NCBI RefSeq assembly: GCF_900172325.1 | Contig: NZ_FWFR01000001.1 | Span: forward strand, 1,301,773 to 1,333,772 | Direction of reading: 5' to 3' | DNA from: Oceanibacterium hippocampi | Lineage (GTDB): Bacteria; Pseudomonadota; Alphaproteobacteria; Sneathiellales; Sneathiellaceae | Length of the DNA: 32,000 bases | In this document: positions 1 through 9,335 of the stretch, in pieces | How positions within the stretch are numbered: position 1 is the stretch's first letter | How the letters are laid out: the number at the start of each line of letters is the position of its first letter | The notes under the pieces: generated by a model | Databases searched by the model: none | What the model was told of the DNA's origin: nothing | Seen by the model: the letters and a program-made list of their open reading frames with translations, nothing else | Translations under genes and position numbers: made by a program

Positions 1-473
1 GGCCCGACCGGGCGGCGGCGGTGCTCGGCCACTGGTGGGAGGTTTCCGGCCGGGTCGGGCACGGCGACGCGCGTGGCCGGACGATCGGCTTCCCGACCGC
101 CAACCTGTCGCTCGACGGTTTCCTGCAGCCGGCGCTCGGCGTCTATGCCGTTCGCGTCGCGATCGAGGAGGAGGGCGCGCGCGCGCCGCTCAACTGGCAT
201 GACGGGGTCGCCAACCTCGGGCGGCGACCGACGGTCGACGGCGAGGATGTCCGTCTCGAGGCGCATCTGTTCGATTTCGACGGCGATCTCTACGACCGCC
301 ACCTGCGGGTTGCCTTCGTCGCCCGCCTGCGGCCGGAGCAGAAATTCTCCGGCCTTGAAGAGCTGACCGGGCAGATTGCCCGCGACTGCCTGGCGGCGCG
401 CGAAATCCTCGCCGATCCGGCCTATGCCGCGAACCGGTTCGACAACGCGGAAGCGGACGCGGTCAACCGCTGA
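1..473 (+). CDS. ribF: C-terminal part of bifunctional riboflavin kinase/FAD synthetase; 5' end lies outside the window
   Basis: The reading frame is open back to base 3 (PDRAAAVLGHWWEVSGRVGHGDARGRTIGFPTANL), so the listed start at 21 is internal. The GRTIGFPTANL riboflavin kinase motif, GVYAV and a LRPEQKF-type C-terminus are present. Confidence 0.93.
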   Translation, partial: PDRAAAVLGHWWEVSGRVGHGDARGRTIGFPTANLSLDGFLQPALGVYAVRVAIEEEGARAPLNWHDGVANLGRRPTVDGEDVRLEAHLFDFDGDLYDRHLRVAFVARLRPEQKFSGLEELTGQIARDCLAAREILADPAYAANRFDNAEADAVNR

Positions 474-695
474 AACAGCCCGCGCTGGCCGCTCGACAGC
501 CGCCCGGCGCCTTGTTACAAGACGGATGCTATGTGCATGGAAACGGCAGACGCGGCCCTTGTCGCCCTTCGAATTATCGGCCCGGCTCTCGACTGAGGGG
601 GCCGGGACGGCGCCTGACGACGCGCCGCAGCCCGAATGCATGATCCGGGCATCGCACAGACCGACAATCCGATAGCCAACGACGGGCACATCCCG

Positions 696-3512
696 ATGAC
701 CAAAGACTACAAGGCAACGCTGTTCCTGCCGCAGACCGATTTCCCGATGAAGGCGGGTCTGCCGCAACGGGAGCCGGAATTCCTCGCCCGCTGGTACGAG
801 ATGGATCTCTACCGCCGGCTGCGCGAGCAGGCGAAGGGGCGCGAGCAGTTCATCCTTCATGACGGCCCGCCCTACGCCAACGGCAACATCCACATGGGCA
901 CCGCGATGAACAAGGTCCTCAAGGACGTTGTCGTGCGGACCCAGCAGATGCTCGGCAAGGACAGCAACTATGTCCCCGGCTGGGACTGCCACGGCCTGCC
1001 GATCGAATGGAAGATCGAGGAGCAGTATCGCGCCGCCGGCAAGAACAAGGACGACGTGCCGGTCGTCGAGTTCCGCCAGGAATGCCGCCAGTTCGCGCTC
1101 CATTGGCTCGATGTCCAGCGCGAGGAGTTCAAGCGCCTCGGCGTGATCGGCGACTGGGACAATCCCTACATGCCGATCAGGCCAGACTCGGAAAAGGTGA
1201 TCGTCGGCGAGCTGCTGAAGTTCCTGATGAACGGCGGCCTCTACCGGGGCGCCAAGCCGGTGATGTGGTCGGTGGTCGAGAAGACGGCGCTCGCCGAGGC
1301 AGAGATCGAGTATCACGACCATACCTCGACGACGATCCATGTCCGCTTCCCGGTGGTGAAGGGGCCGGCCCCGTTCGCCGGCAACTCGATCGTGATCTGG
1401 ACGACGACGCCCTGGACCATGCCCGGCAACCGGGCGATCGCCTTCGGCCCGGAGCTCGACTATGTCGGCATCGAGGTCGCGGCAGTGAAGGAGGGCGCGC
1501 TTGCCCGGGTCGGCGAGACCCTGTTCGTCGCCGCCGCGCTGCGCGAAGCGGTCGAGGCCGAGGTCGGGATCATGGCCTCGAAGATCGTCTGGGAAGGTCC
1601 CGGCAGCGCCTTCGAGGGTGTCGTCTGCCATCATCCTTTCCACGGACACGGCTACGATTTCGACGTGCCGCTGCTGCCGGGCGAGCATGTCACGGTCGAG
1701 CAGGGCACCGGCTTCGTCCATACCGCGCCCGGCCATGGCGAGGAGGATTACGTCGTCGGCATGCAGTTCGGCCTGGAAGTGCCGGAAACGGTCGACGAGG
1801 GCGGCCTGTTCATGCCCCATGTGCCGCTCTTCGCCGGCCAGCATGTCTTCAAGGCGAACGGCCCGGTGGCCGACAAGCTGCAGGAATTCGGCGCGCTGCT
1901 GCATCGCGGCAAGCTGGTCCATTCCTATCCCCATTCCTGGCGCTCCAAGGCGCCGCTGATCTTCCGCAACACGCCGCAATGGTTCGTCTCGATGGAGACC
2001 AACGACCTGCGCAAGACGGCGCTGGCCGAGATCGACCGGGTCAAGTGGTATCCGCCGCAGGGCCGGAACCGAATCCATTCGATGATCGAGAACCGCCCGG
2101 ACTGGGTGCTGAGCCGGCAACGCAGCTGGGGCGTGCCGCTGACACTGTTCCTTGGCCGCGAGAGCCGCGAGCCCTTGCGCGATCCAGCGGTCAACGAGCG
2201 GATCCTCGAGATCATCGGCGCCGAGGGCGCCGATGCCTGGTTCTCGTCGCCGCCGGAACGCTTCCTTGGACCGGACCACGATCCGGCGGACTGGGAGATG
2301 CTCACCGACACGGTCGATGTCTGGTTCGATTCGGGCACCTCGCACGCCTATGTGCTGGAGACCCGCGAGGACCTGAAGACGCCGGCCTCGCTTTACCTGG
2401 AAGGCTCGGACCAGCATCGCGGCTGGTTCCATTCCTCGCTGCTGGAATCCTGCGGGACGCGCGGCCGGGCGCCCTACGAGGCGGTGCTGACGCACGGCTT
2501 CGTGCTCGACGGCGACGGCCGCAAGATGTCGAAGTCGCTCGGCAACACCGTTCTCCCGCAGGAGGTGATCGGCCAGTTCGGCGCCGATATCCTGCGCCTC
2601 TGGGTGGTCGCCTCGGACTTCACCGAGGATCTCCGGATCAGCCCCGAAATCCTGAAGTCGCAGGTCGACAGCTATCGCCGGCTGCGCAACACGCTGCGCT
2701 TCATCCTCGGCAACCTGGCCCGGTTCGACGAGCGCGAACGGCTGCCGGCGGCGGAGATGCCCGAGCTCGAACGCTGGGTGCTGAGCCGCCTTGCCGCGCT
2801 CGACGCCCAGGTGCGCGAGGCCTGCGAACGCTTCGATTTCCACCAGATCTTCGTCTCGGTCTACACCTTCTGCACGATCGAGCTGTCGTCCTTCTATCTC
2901 GATATCCGGAAAGACGCGCTCTATTGCGACGCGGCGGACTCGGTCCGCCGACGGGCCGCGCGAACAGTGCTCGACACGCTGTTCGACAGCCTGACCGCAT
3001 GGCTTGCGCCGATCCTCTGCTTCACCGCCGAGGAGGCCTGGCAGACGCGCGGTACCGGGCCCGAGGAAAGCGTCCATCTGCGGCTCTTCCCGGAACTGCC
3101 GGCGGAATGGCGGGACCCGGCCCTCGACGCCCGCTGGGAGCGGATCCGGCGGATGCGCCGGGTGGTCACCGGCGCGCTCGAGATCGAGCGCCGCGAGAAG
3201 CGGATCGGCGCCAGCCTGCAGGCCCACCCGGTCGTGCATCTCTCGGCCGGGGACGCGGCGATCGCGCGCAGCGTCGATTTCGCCGAGCTCTGCATCACCT
3301 CGGGCGTCAGCGTCAGCGAGGCGGCGGCGCCGGACGACGCCTTCCGCATCGAGGATGTGGACGATGTCGCGGTGGTGCCGGGGCTTGCCGAGGGCAGCAA
3401 ATGCCAGCGCTGCTGGATGGTGCTGCCGGACGTCGGCACGATCGCCGGGCATGACGATCTCTGTGGCCGCTGCGCCAGCGCGGTCGAGGCGGCCGACACG
3501 GTCGCCGCCTGA
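696..3512 (+). CDS. ileS: Isoleucine--tRNA ligase
   Basis: Class I signature HMGTAMNKVLKD (HIGH-like) and KMSKSLGN. C-terminal zinc-binding cysteines CQRCW...CGRCA. The ATG at 696 (MTKDYKATLFLPQTDFPMKAGLPQREP) fits IleS N-termini better than the ORF start at 636. Confidence 0.98.
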   Translation: MTKDYKATLFLPQTDFPMKAGLPQREPEFLARWYEMDLYRRLREQAKGREQFILHDGPPYANGNIHMGTAMNKVLKDVVVRTQQMLGKDSNYVPGWDCHGLPIEWKIEEQYRAAGKNKDDVPVVEFRQECRQFALHWLDVQREEFKRLGVIGDWDNPYMPIRPDSEKVIVGELLKFLMNGGLYRGAKPVMWSVVEKTALAEAEIEYHDHTSTTIHVRFPVVKGPAPFAGNSIVIWTTTPWTMPGNRAIAFGPELDYVGIEVAAVKEGALARVGETLFVAAALREAVEAEVGIMASKIVWEGPGSAFEGVVCHHPFHGHGYDFDVPLLPGEHVTVEQGTGFVHTAPGHGEEDYVVGMQFGLEVPETVDEGGLFMPHVPLFAGQHVFKANGPVADKLQEFGALLHRGKLVHSYPHSWRSKAPLIFRNTPQWFVSMETNDLRKTALAEIDRVKWYPPQGRNRIHSMIENRPDWVLSRQRSWGVPLTLFLGRESREPLRDPAVNERILEIIGAEGADAWFSSPPERFLGPDHDPADWEMLTDTVDVWFDSGTSHAYVLETREDLKTPASLYLEGSDQHRGWFHSSLLESCGTRGRAPYEAVLTHGFVLDGDGRKMSKSLGNTVLPQEVIGQFGADILRLWVVASDFTEDLRISPEILKSQVDSYRRLRNTLRFILGNLARFDERERLPAAEMPELERWVLSRLAALDAQVREACERFDFHQIFVSVYTFCTIELSSFYLDIRKDALYCDAADSVRRRAARTVLDTLFDSLTAWLAPILCFTAEEAWQTRGTGPEESVHLRLFPELPAEWRDPALDARWERIRRMRRVVTGALEIERREKRIGASLQAHPVVHLSAGDAAIARSVDFAELCITSGVSVSEAAAPDDAFRIEDVDDVAVVPGLAEGSKCQRCWMVLPDVGTIAGHDDLCGRCASAVEAADTVAA

Positions 3513-3518
3513 GCCCGG

Positions 3519-4010
3519 ATGCTCGGGCCGGCACTGACGCTGGCGAGCCTGGTCGCCGGGATCGACCAGGTGGTGAAGTACCTGGTGCTCAGGGCGCTGA
3601 TCGGGACTCCGTCGGGCTTCACCCTGATCCCGGGGGTCGACATCGCGCTGGTCTGGAACCGGGGGCTGGTCTTCGCCTTCCTGGCTAGCCCCTCGGCGCT
3701 TGCGCGCTGGGCCTTCGTGCTGCTCGCGCTGGTGCTCGTCAGCGCACTCGTTGCCTGGCTCGTCTGGGTTCGGCGCCCGGGCCTCGGCCTGGCGCTCGGC
3801 CTGATCGTCGGCGGCGCGCTCGGGAACGTCGTCGACCGGGTTATATACGGCGCGGTCGTTGACTATATCGACCTGTACAGTGGCGAGAGCCACTGGCCGG
3901 CCTTCAACCTTGCCGACGTCGCAATCCTCTCCGGTGTCGGCTTCCTGATCATCGACAGCCTGCTGCTGCGGCCCCTCGGCCGCGCCGGCCGGGCCCAGCC
4001 GAGCGGATAG
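3519..4010 (+). CDS. lspA: Lipoprotein signal peptidase (signal peptidase II), copy 1
   Basis: Motifs [26 protein letters not shown] and [12 protein letters not shown], four hydrophobic segments, and both catalytic aspartates retained. Confidence 0.93.
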   Translation: MLGPALTLASLVAGIDQVVKYLVLRALIGTPSGFTLIPGVDIALVWNRGLVFAFLASPSALARWAFVLLALVLVSALVAWLVWVRRPGLGLALGLIVGGALGNVVDRVIYGAVVDYIDLYSGESHWPAFNLADVAILSGVGFLIIDSLLLRPLGRAGRAQPSG

Positions 4011-4011
4011 C

Positions 4012-4521
4012 ATGCTGAGAAACGGGCTGAGAACCGGACTGCCGATCGCCCTTGTGACGCTGATTGCCGATCAGGTGACGAAATTCGAGATGCTGGCGAT
4101 GCTCTCCGGCCCGGCCGGCCCGCGGGTCATGGTCGGCGGCCAGACGATCCGGGTGCTCGACAATTTCAACCTCGTGCTGGTCTGGAATTCCGGCGTTAGC
4201 TTCGGGCTCTTCGGTGGCGGACCGGAGACCACGCGTTGGATCCTGATCGCGCTTGCGCTGGCCCTCTGCCTCGGCCTCGGGGTCTGGCTCCGGCGGGCGG
4301 CGAGCCTGGCGGAGACCGTCGGCCTGGGGCTCGTGATCGGCGGTGCGCTCGGCAATGTCATCGACCGGGTCTACTGGGGCGCGGTCGTCGACTTCCTCGA
4401 TTTCCACGCCTTCGGCTACCACTGGCCGGCATTCAATCTCGCCGATACGGTGATCTTCATCGGCGTCTTCTGCCTCATCGCGGACGGCTTGTTTAATCGC
4501 CCCGCTTCTTCTAAAAGGTAG
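4012..4521 (+). CDS. lspA: Lipoprotein signal peptidase (signal peptidase II), copy 2
   Basis: Motifs DQVTKF, VWNSGVSFGLF, GGALGNVIDRVYWGAVVDF and [12 protein letters not shown]. It starts 1 nt after the stop of copy 1. Confidence 0.94.
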   Translation: MLRNGLRTGLPIALVTLIADQVTKFEMLAMLSGPAGPRVMVGGQTIRVLDNFNLVLVWNSGVSFGLFGGGPETTRWILIALALALCLGLGVWLRRAASLAETVGLGLVIGGALGNVIDRVYWGAVVDFLDFHAFGYHWPAFNLADTVIFIGVFCLIADGLFNRPASSKR

Positions 4522-4524
4522 GCC

Positions 4525-5115
4525 ATGATGTTGCGGAAAAACCACATCGCGACGGTCGTCCTGAGCGGCCTTCTGGGTCTCGCGCTTTCGGGCTGCGACA
4601 GCACCAAGAGCTTGCTCGGACTTGAAAAATCCGCGCCGGACGAGTTCACGGTCGTCTCGAAGGCGCCGCTGACCCTGCCGCCGGACTACACCCTTCGTCC
4701 GCCGGCCCCCGGGTCGGCCCGGCCGAACGAGGTCAGCCCCCGCGACAAGGCCCGCCAGACCCTGACCGGTCGGCCGGCGATCGGCAACGCCACGGCGAGC
4801 AGCGATCGCGGCGCGAACCCGGCAGGCAATACCGGCGGCGAGCAGGCGTTGCTCGCCAATGCGCGCGCCGAGGAGGCGAATCCGCGCATCCGCGAGATCG
4901 TCAATGCCGAGACCGAGCAGCTGGCGATCAAGGACAGTTCGTTCGTCGACCGGCTGCTGTTCTGGCAGGAGAAGCAGGAGCCGGGCATGGTCATCAACGC
5001 CCGGGCCGAGCAGCAGCGCCTGCAGCAGAACGCCGCCGAGGGCAAGGCGGTGACCGAAGGCGAGACGATTTCGATCGAGCGTCGCGAGCGCGGTATCCTG
5101 GAAGGCATTTTCTAG
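4525..5115 (+). CDS. DUF3035-like predicted lipoprotein
   Basis: Short signal peptide with lipobox LGLALSGC. The body (APDEFTVVSKAPLTLPPDYTLRPPAPG...) resembles DUF3035/beta-barrel-assembly-like lipoproteins found near lspA in alphaproteobacteria. Confidence 0.8.
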   Translation: MMLRKNHIATVVLSGLLGLALSGCDSTKSLLGLEKSAPDEFTVVSKAPLTLPPDYTLRPPAPGSARPNEVSPRDKARQTLTGRPAIGNATASSDRGANPAGNTGGEQALLANARAEEANPRIREIVNAETEQLAIKDSSFVDRLLFWQEKQEPGMVINARAEQQRLQQNAAEGKAVTEGETISIERRERGILEGIF

Positions 5116-5161
5116 GCCGCTCCGCGCCGCAGTCGCCCTGATCCCTGTTTGTCCGGGCGAG

Positions 5162-5181
5162 GCCGCACAGATGCGTGCGGC
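5162..5181. terminator. Intergenic hairpin (GCCGCAC/GTGCGGC), possible weak terminator or regulatory stem
   Basis: Perfect 7-bp inverted repeat with a 6-nt loop between the lipoprotein gene and the M16 gene; no T-run. Confidence 0.3.
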
Positions 5182-5240
5182 TACTTGTGCCGGCCCGGCA
5201 GGGGGCCATATTAGGGGTCATTCCACGCCCCGGAGGATCG

Positions 5241-6602
5241 ATGCCTTCCTTGCAAGCCTACCGTCTGCGCGGCCCCGTCGCCGCCTTGCTCGCGCTCCTC
5301 GTCCTCGCCGCTTCCGTCTCCGCCGCCCGCGCCGCATTCCTGAAGCCGGAAAGCTTCTTCCTGGAGAACGGCATGCAGGTCGTTGTGGTGACCGACAGCC
5401 GGGCGCCGATCGTCACCCACATGGTCTGGTACCGGACCGGTTCGGCGGACGAGCCCAAGGCAAAGTCGGGGATCGCGCATTTCCTCGAACATCTCATGTT
5501 CAAGGGGACCGAGAAGCTGGCACCGGGCGAGTTCTCCAAGATCGTCGCCCAGAACGGCGGCCAGGACAACGCCTTCACCTCCTACGACTACACCGCCTAT
5601 TTCCAGAATGTCGCGGCCGACAAGCTTGACCTGGTGATGGGGCTCGAGGCCGACCGGATGCGCAATCTCCGGCTCACCGAGGCGATCGTCGCGCCGGAGC
5701 TCAAGGTCGTGCTGGAGGAGCGCTCGCAGCGGACCGACAACAATCCGGCGGCGCTGCTCGGCGAGCAGATGAACGCCGCGCAGTATCTGAACCACCCCTA
5801 CGGCATTCCGGTCATCGGCTGGCGCCACGAGGTCGAGAAGCTGACGACGGCGGACGCCATCGCCTTCTACAATCGCTATTACCAGCCGGCCAACGCCATC
5901 CTGGTGGTTGTCGGCGACGTCAGCGCCGACAAGGTGCGCGAGCTCGCCGAGAAGCATTACGGCGTCATCCCGGGCGGCGAGGTGCCGCCGCGCCTGCGCC
6001 CGCAGGAGCCGCCGCAGATCGCCGCCCGCCGGCTCGAATATGCCGATGCCCGGGTGCGCGAGCCGAGCTGGCAGCGGAGCTACCTGGCGCCGAGCTATAC
6101 CGCCGGCGAAAGCCAGCACGCGCATGCCCTCGACGTGCTCGCCGAAATCCTCGGCGGCGGCACCAGCGGCCGGCTCTACAAGGAACTGGTGGTCAAGCAG
6201 GGGATCGCCGCCGGTGCCGGCGCCTGGTACAGCGGTGACAGCCGCGACCTCGGCCGCTTCGTCGTCTATGCCTCGCCGAACCGCGGCGGCAACCTGCCCG
6301 GGATCGAGGCGGCGGTCGATGTCGTGCTGCGTGACATCGTCGCCAACGGCGTCAACGAGGGCGAGCTGTCGCTGGCCAAGAACCAGCTCCGCTCCGACGC
6401 GATCTATGCCCGTGACAGCCTGTCGAGCACGGCGCGCCTGCTTGGTGCATCGCTCGCGGTCGGCCAGGATATCGACATGATCGTCAACTGGCCGGACGAG
6501 GTCGCCAAGGTCAGCGCCGAGCAGGTGCGGGCGGCGGCGCAATATGTACTCGATCCAAGGCAATCGGTGACGGCGCTGCTGCTGCCGAAGGAGGCATCGT
6601 GA
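5241..6602 (+). CDS. M16 family zinc peptidase, metal-binding (active) member
   Basis: HFLEH (HxxEH) motif in SGIAHFLEHLMFKGTEK, a signal peptide-like N-terminus, and downstream E residues. The ATG at 5241 follows CGGAGG. Confidence 0.93.
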   Translation: MPSLQAYRLRGPVAALLALLVLAASVSAARAAFLKPESFFLENGMQVVVVTDSRAPIVTHMVWYRTGSADEPKAKSGIAHFLEHLMFKGTEKLAPGEFSKIVAQNGGQDNAFTSYDYTAYFQNVAADKLDLVMGLEADRMRNLRLTEAIVAPELKVVLEERSQRTDNNPAALLGEQMNAAQYLNHPYGIPVIGWRHEVEKLTTADAIAFYNRYYQPANAILVVVGDVSADKVRELAEKHYGVIPGGEVPPRLRPQEPPQIAARRLEYADARVREPSWQRSYLAPSYTAGESQHAHALDVLAEILGGGTSGRLYKELVVKQGIAAGAGAWYSGDSRDLGRFVVYASPNRGGNLPGIEAAVDVVLRDIVANGVNEGELSLAKNQLRSDAIYARDSLSSTARLLGASLAVGQDIDMIVNWPDEVAKVSAEQVRAAAQYVLDPRQSVTALLLPKEAS

Positions 6603-7978
6603 GAAAGGCTCCCGCGATCATGTCCGCCTTGTCCCGCCTGACCCTGCTGGCCGGCCTTCTCGCCGTGTTCGTCGCGCTCTCCGTCGGGGTCCGCCCGGCG
6701 GACGCCGCGCCGGCGATCGAGGAGGTGACGAGCCCCGGCGGCATCAGGGCCTGGCTGGTCAACGAACCGTCGATCCCGGTCATCGCCGTCCGCGTTGCCT
6801 GGCGCGGCGGGAGCCGGCTCGATCCGGCCGACAAGCCCGGCGTCGCCAACCTGCTGTCCGGGCTGCTTGACGAGGGCGCCGGCGAGCTCGATTCGGAAGC
6901 CTTCCAGCACCGCCTGGCCGAGCTGGCGATCAAGCTCTCCTTCGATGCCGGCCGCGATGCCTTCGCCGCCGACCTGACGACCCTGTCGGAGAACCGCGAC
7001 GAGGCCTTCCGGCTGCTCGCGCTCGCGCTCGAGAGCCCGCGGTTCGACGAGGAGCCGGTCGCCCGCATCCGTCGCCAGATCCTCTCCTCGCTGTCGCGCG
7101 CCGAAGCCGATCCGGGCACGCTCGCCGGCCGCGCTTGGATGGCGGCCGCCTTCCCGGGCCATCCCTACAGCCGGCCGAGCGACGGCACGCTCGCCTCGGT
7201 GCCGACCATCACGGTCGAGGATCTGCAGACCTGGCGACAGCGCTACCTCGCACTCGACAACATCGTCATCAGCGTCGTCGGCGATATCGACGCGAAGACG
7301 CTCGGCCCGCTGCTCGACAAGACCTTCGGCTCGCTGCCGGCGAAAACCTGGCCGACCGACGTGCCCGAGGTGGAGCCGGCCGGCGGCGGTCGTCTCGAGG
7401 TGATCCCGTTCGACAATCCGCAGAGCCAGGTGATCTTCGGACGCGAGGGCGTGAAACGCGACGATCCGGATTATTACGCTGCCTACGTGATGAACTACGT
7501 GCTCGGCGGCGGCGGTTTCGAATCGCGCCTCAACGAGGAAATCCGCGAGAAGCGCGGCCTCGTCTACTCGGTCTATTCCTACGTCAACCCGCTCGACTTC
7601 TCCTCGCTGCTGATGGGCGGCCTCGGCACCAGCAACGACCAGGTGGCGGAAGCGATCGAGCTGGTCCGCAAGGAGGTCGGGCGGCTGCGCGAGGACGGCG
7701 TCACCGAAGCCGAGCTGGCCGACGCGAAGACCTATATCAACGGCTCCTTCCCGCTCCGCCTGTCGTCGAATGCCTCGATCGCCCGCATCCTGGTCGCGAT
7801 GCAGCTCGATCATCTTGGCATCGACTACCTTGAGAAGCGGGACGCGCTGATCGAGAAGGTCACGCTGGACGATGTCCGGCGGGTCGCCCGCCGGCTGCTC
7901 GATCCGAAGGACATGCTGATCGTCGTGGTCGGCAGCCCGCACGGCCTCGACGGCGCCGTCACCCGCAAGGACGGGTGA
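6599..7978 (+). CDS. M16 family peptidase-like protein lacking the HxxEH motif
   Basis: M16 fold sequence (RVAWRGGSRLDPADKPGVANLLSGLLDEGAGE...GGGGFESRLNEEIREKRGLVYSVYSY) with a signal peptide-like N-terminus. The GTG start overlaps the preceding TGA by 4 nt (GTGA). Confidence 0.9.
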   Translation: MRKAPAIMSALSRLTLLAGLLAVFVALSVGVRPADAAPAIEEVTSPGGIRAWLVNEPSIPVIAVRVAWRGGSRLDPADKPGVANLLSGLLDEGAGELDSEAFQHRLAELAIKLSFDAGRDAFAADLTTLSENRDEAFRLLALALESPRFDEEPVARIRRQILSSLSRAEADPGTLAGRAWMAAAFPGHPYSRPSDGTLASVPTITVEDLQTWRQRYLALDNIVISVVGDIDAKTLGPLLDKTFGSLPAKTWPTDVPEVEPAGGGRLEVIPFDNPQSQVIFGREGVKRDDPDYYAAYVMNYVLGGGGFESRLNEEIREKRGLVYSVYSYVNPLDFSSLLMGGLGTSNDQVAEAIELVRKEVGRLREDGVTEAELADAKTYINGSFPLRLSSNASIARILVAMQLDHLGIDYLEKRDALIEKVTLDDVRRVARRLLDPKDMLIVVVGSPHGLDGAVTRKDG

Positions 7979-8045
7979 TCGCCGTCTGGCCCGGGGCCGG
8001 CGCTTCTGCTACCGTCGCATCAGCGAATCCTCAATCGACAAGCCC

Positions 8046-9335
8046 ATGCCCTACAGACAAGACCTGACACGTTGCTTCGCCGGCGCGATCGGCGGCAGCG
8101 GCCTCGATGAAGCGGCCTTCCGCAAGACCCTGGGCGAGGCGGAAGCCGCCGTCGGCTGGGTCGCGGACACGATGCGCGGCCACGCGCTGCCGCTCTTCGA
8201 CCTGCCGTTCCAGCGCGACGACCTCAAGCTGCTCAACGACATCGCCGCCTACTGGCGGGAGGACTTCACCGATATCCTGATCCTCGGCACCGGGGGCTCG
8301 GCGCTTGGCGCCAAGACCCTTCAGGCGATCGCCGACGGCGACGGGCCGCAGATCCATTTCGGCGACAATCTCGACGGCCGCAGTTTCGCCTGGATCGTCG
8401 ACGCGCTCGATCTCGAGACCACCGGCATCCTGACCGTCTCGAAGTCCGGCTCGACGCCCGAAACGCTCTCGCAGACCCTCGTCGTGCTCGGCGCGCTGGT
8501 CGAGGCGCTCGGCGAGGACGCGCCGGCCAAGCATGTGCTGGCGATCGCCGAGCCGGGCGACAGCCCGCTCCGGCGGCTCGCGGCGCGCTGGCAATTGCAG
8601 ATCCTCGATCACGATCCGAACCTGGGCGGGCGCTACTCGGTGCTCTCGCTGGTCGGCCTGCTGCCGGCGCTGATTGCCGGCCTCGACGCGGCGCAGGTCC
8701 GCGAAGGGGCGGCCTTCGTGCTCGACGGGGTGATGGAGAACGGCATTTCCGCGGCACCTGTGGAAGGCGCCGCGCTTTCGGTGGCGCTCGCCCGCCGCGG
8801 CGATATCGCCCAGAGCGTCCTGCTGCCCTACGACGACCGGCTGTTCGAATTCACCTACTGGTATCGCCAGCTCTGGGCCGAGAGCATCGGCAAGCAGGGC
8901 TTCGGCACGACGCCGGTCAACGCGCTCGGCCCCGTTGACCAGCACAGCCAGCTTCAGCTCTGGCTCGACGGCCCGGCGGACAAGCTGTTCACCGTCGTCA
9001 CCTGCGGTGACTGGGGCAGCGGTCCGATGATCGATCTCGGCCTCGCCGGCAACGACCCGGCGCTTGCCTACCTGGAAGGGCGCGGGATCGGCGACCTCGC
9101 CCGGGCCGAGGCGCGGGCGACCGTGCGGACCCTGGCGCGGCACGGCCGACCGGTGCGCGAGATCACCGTCGACGTCCTGGACGAACAGGCCTTCGGCGCG
9201 CTGTTCATGCATTACATGCTCGAGACGATCGTCGCCGCGCGGCTCTGGGGCGTCGATGCCTTCGACCAGCCGGCGGTCGAGGAAGGCAAGATCCTGGCGA
9301 AGAAATTCCTGACCGGGGAGGAGGCCGGGGCGTGA
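8046..9335 (+). CDS. pgi: Glucose-6-phosphate isomerase
   Basis: [47 protein letters not shown] and [12 protein letters not shown] motifs typical of phosphoglucose isomerase. Confidence 0.9.
   Translation: MPYRQDLTRCFAGAIGGSGLDEAAFRKTLGEAEAAVGWVADTMRGHALPLFDLPFQRDDLKLLNDIAAYWREDFTDILILGTGGSALGAKTLQAIADGDGPQIHFGDNLDGRSFAWIVDALDLETTGILTVSKSGSTPETLSQTLVVLGALVEALGEDAPAKHVLAIAEPGDSPLRRLAARWQLQILDHDPNLGGRYSVLSLVGLLPALIAGLDAAQVREGAAFVLDGVMENGISAAPVEGAALSVALARRGDIAQSVLLPYDDRLFEFTYWYRQLWAESIGKQGFGTTPVNALGPVDQHSQLQLWLDGPADKLFTVVTCGDWGSGPMIDLGLAGNDPALAYLEGRGIGDLARAEARATVRTLARHGRPVREITVDVLDEQAFGALFMHYMLETIVAARLWGVDAFDQPAVEEGKILAKKFLTGEEAGA

Noticed and set aside
474-695. Possible regulatory leader or small ORF (376..675) upstream of ileS
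   Set aside because: The ORF is a shadow of ribF plus spacer. Only a modest 6-bp GC-rich stem is visible and there is no T-box or specifier-like structure.
1007-3454. 815-aa plus-strand ORF overlapping ileS
   Set aside because: Arg/Gly/Ala-rich shadow frame of a high-GC gene. ileS in the other frame has unmistakable synthetase motifs.
5211-7942. Antisense ORFs of 450 and 512 aa opposite the M16 gene pair
   Set aside because: Complementary-strand artefacts of GC-rich coding sequence with no recognisable domain.
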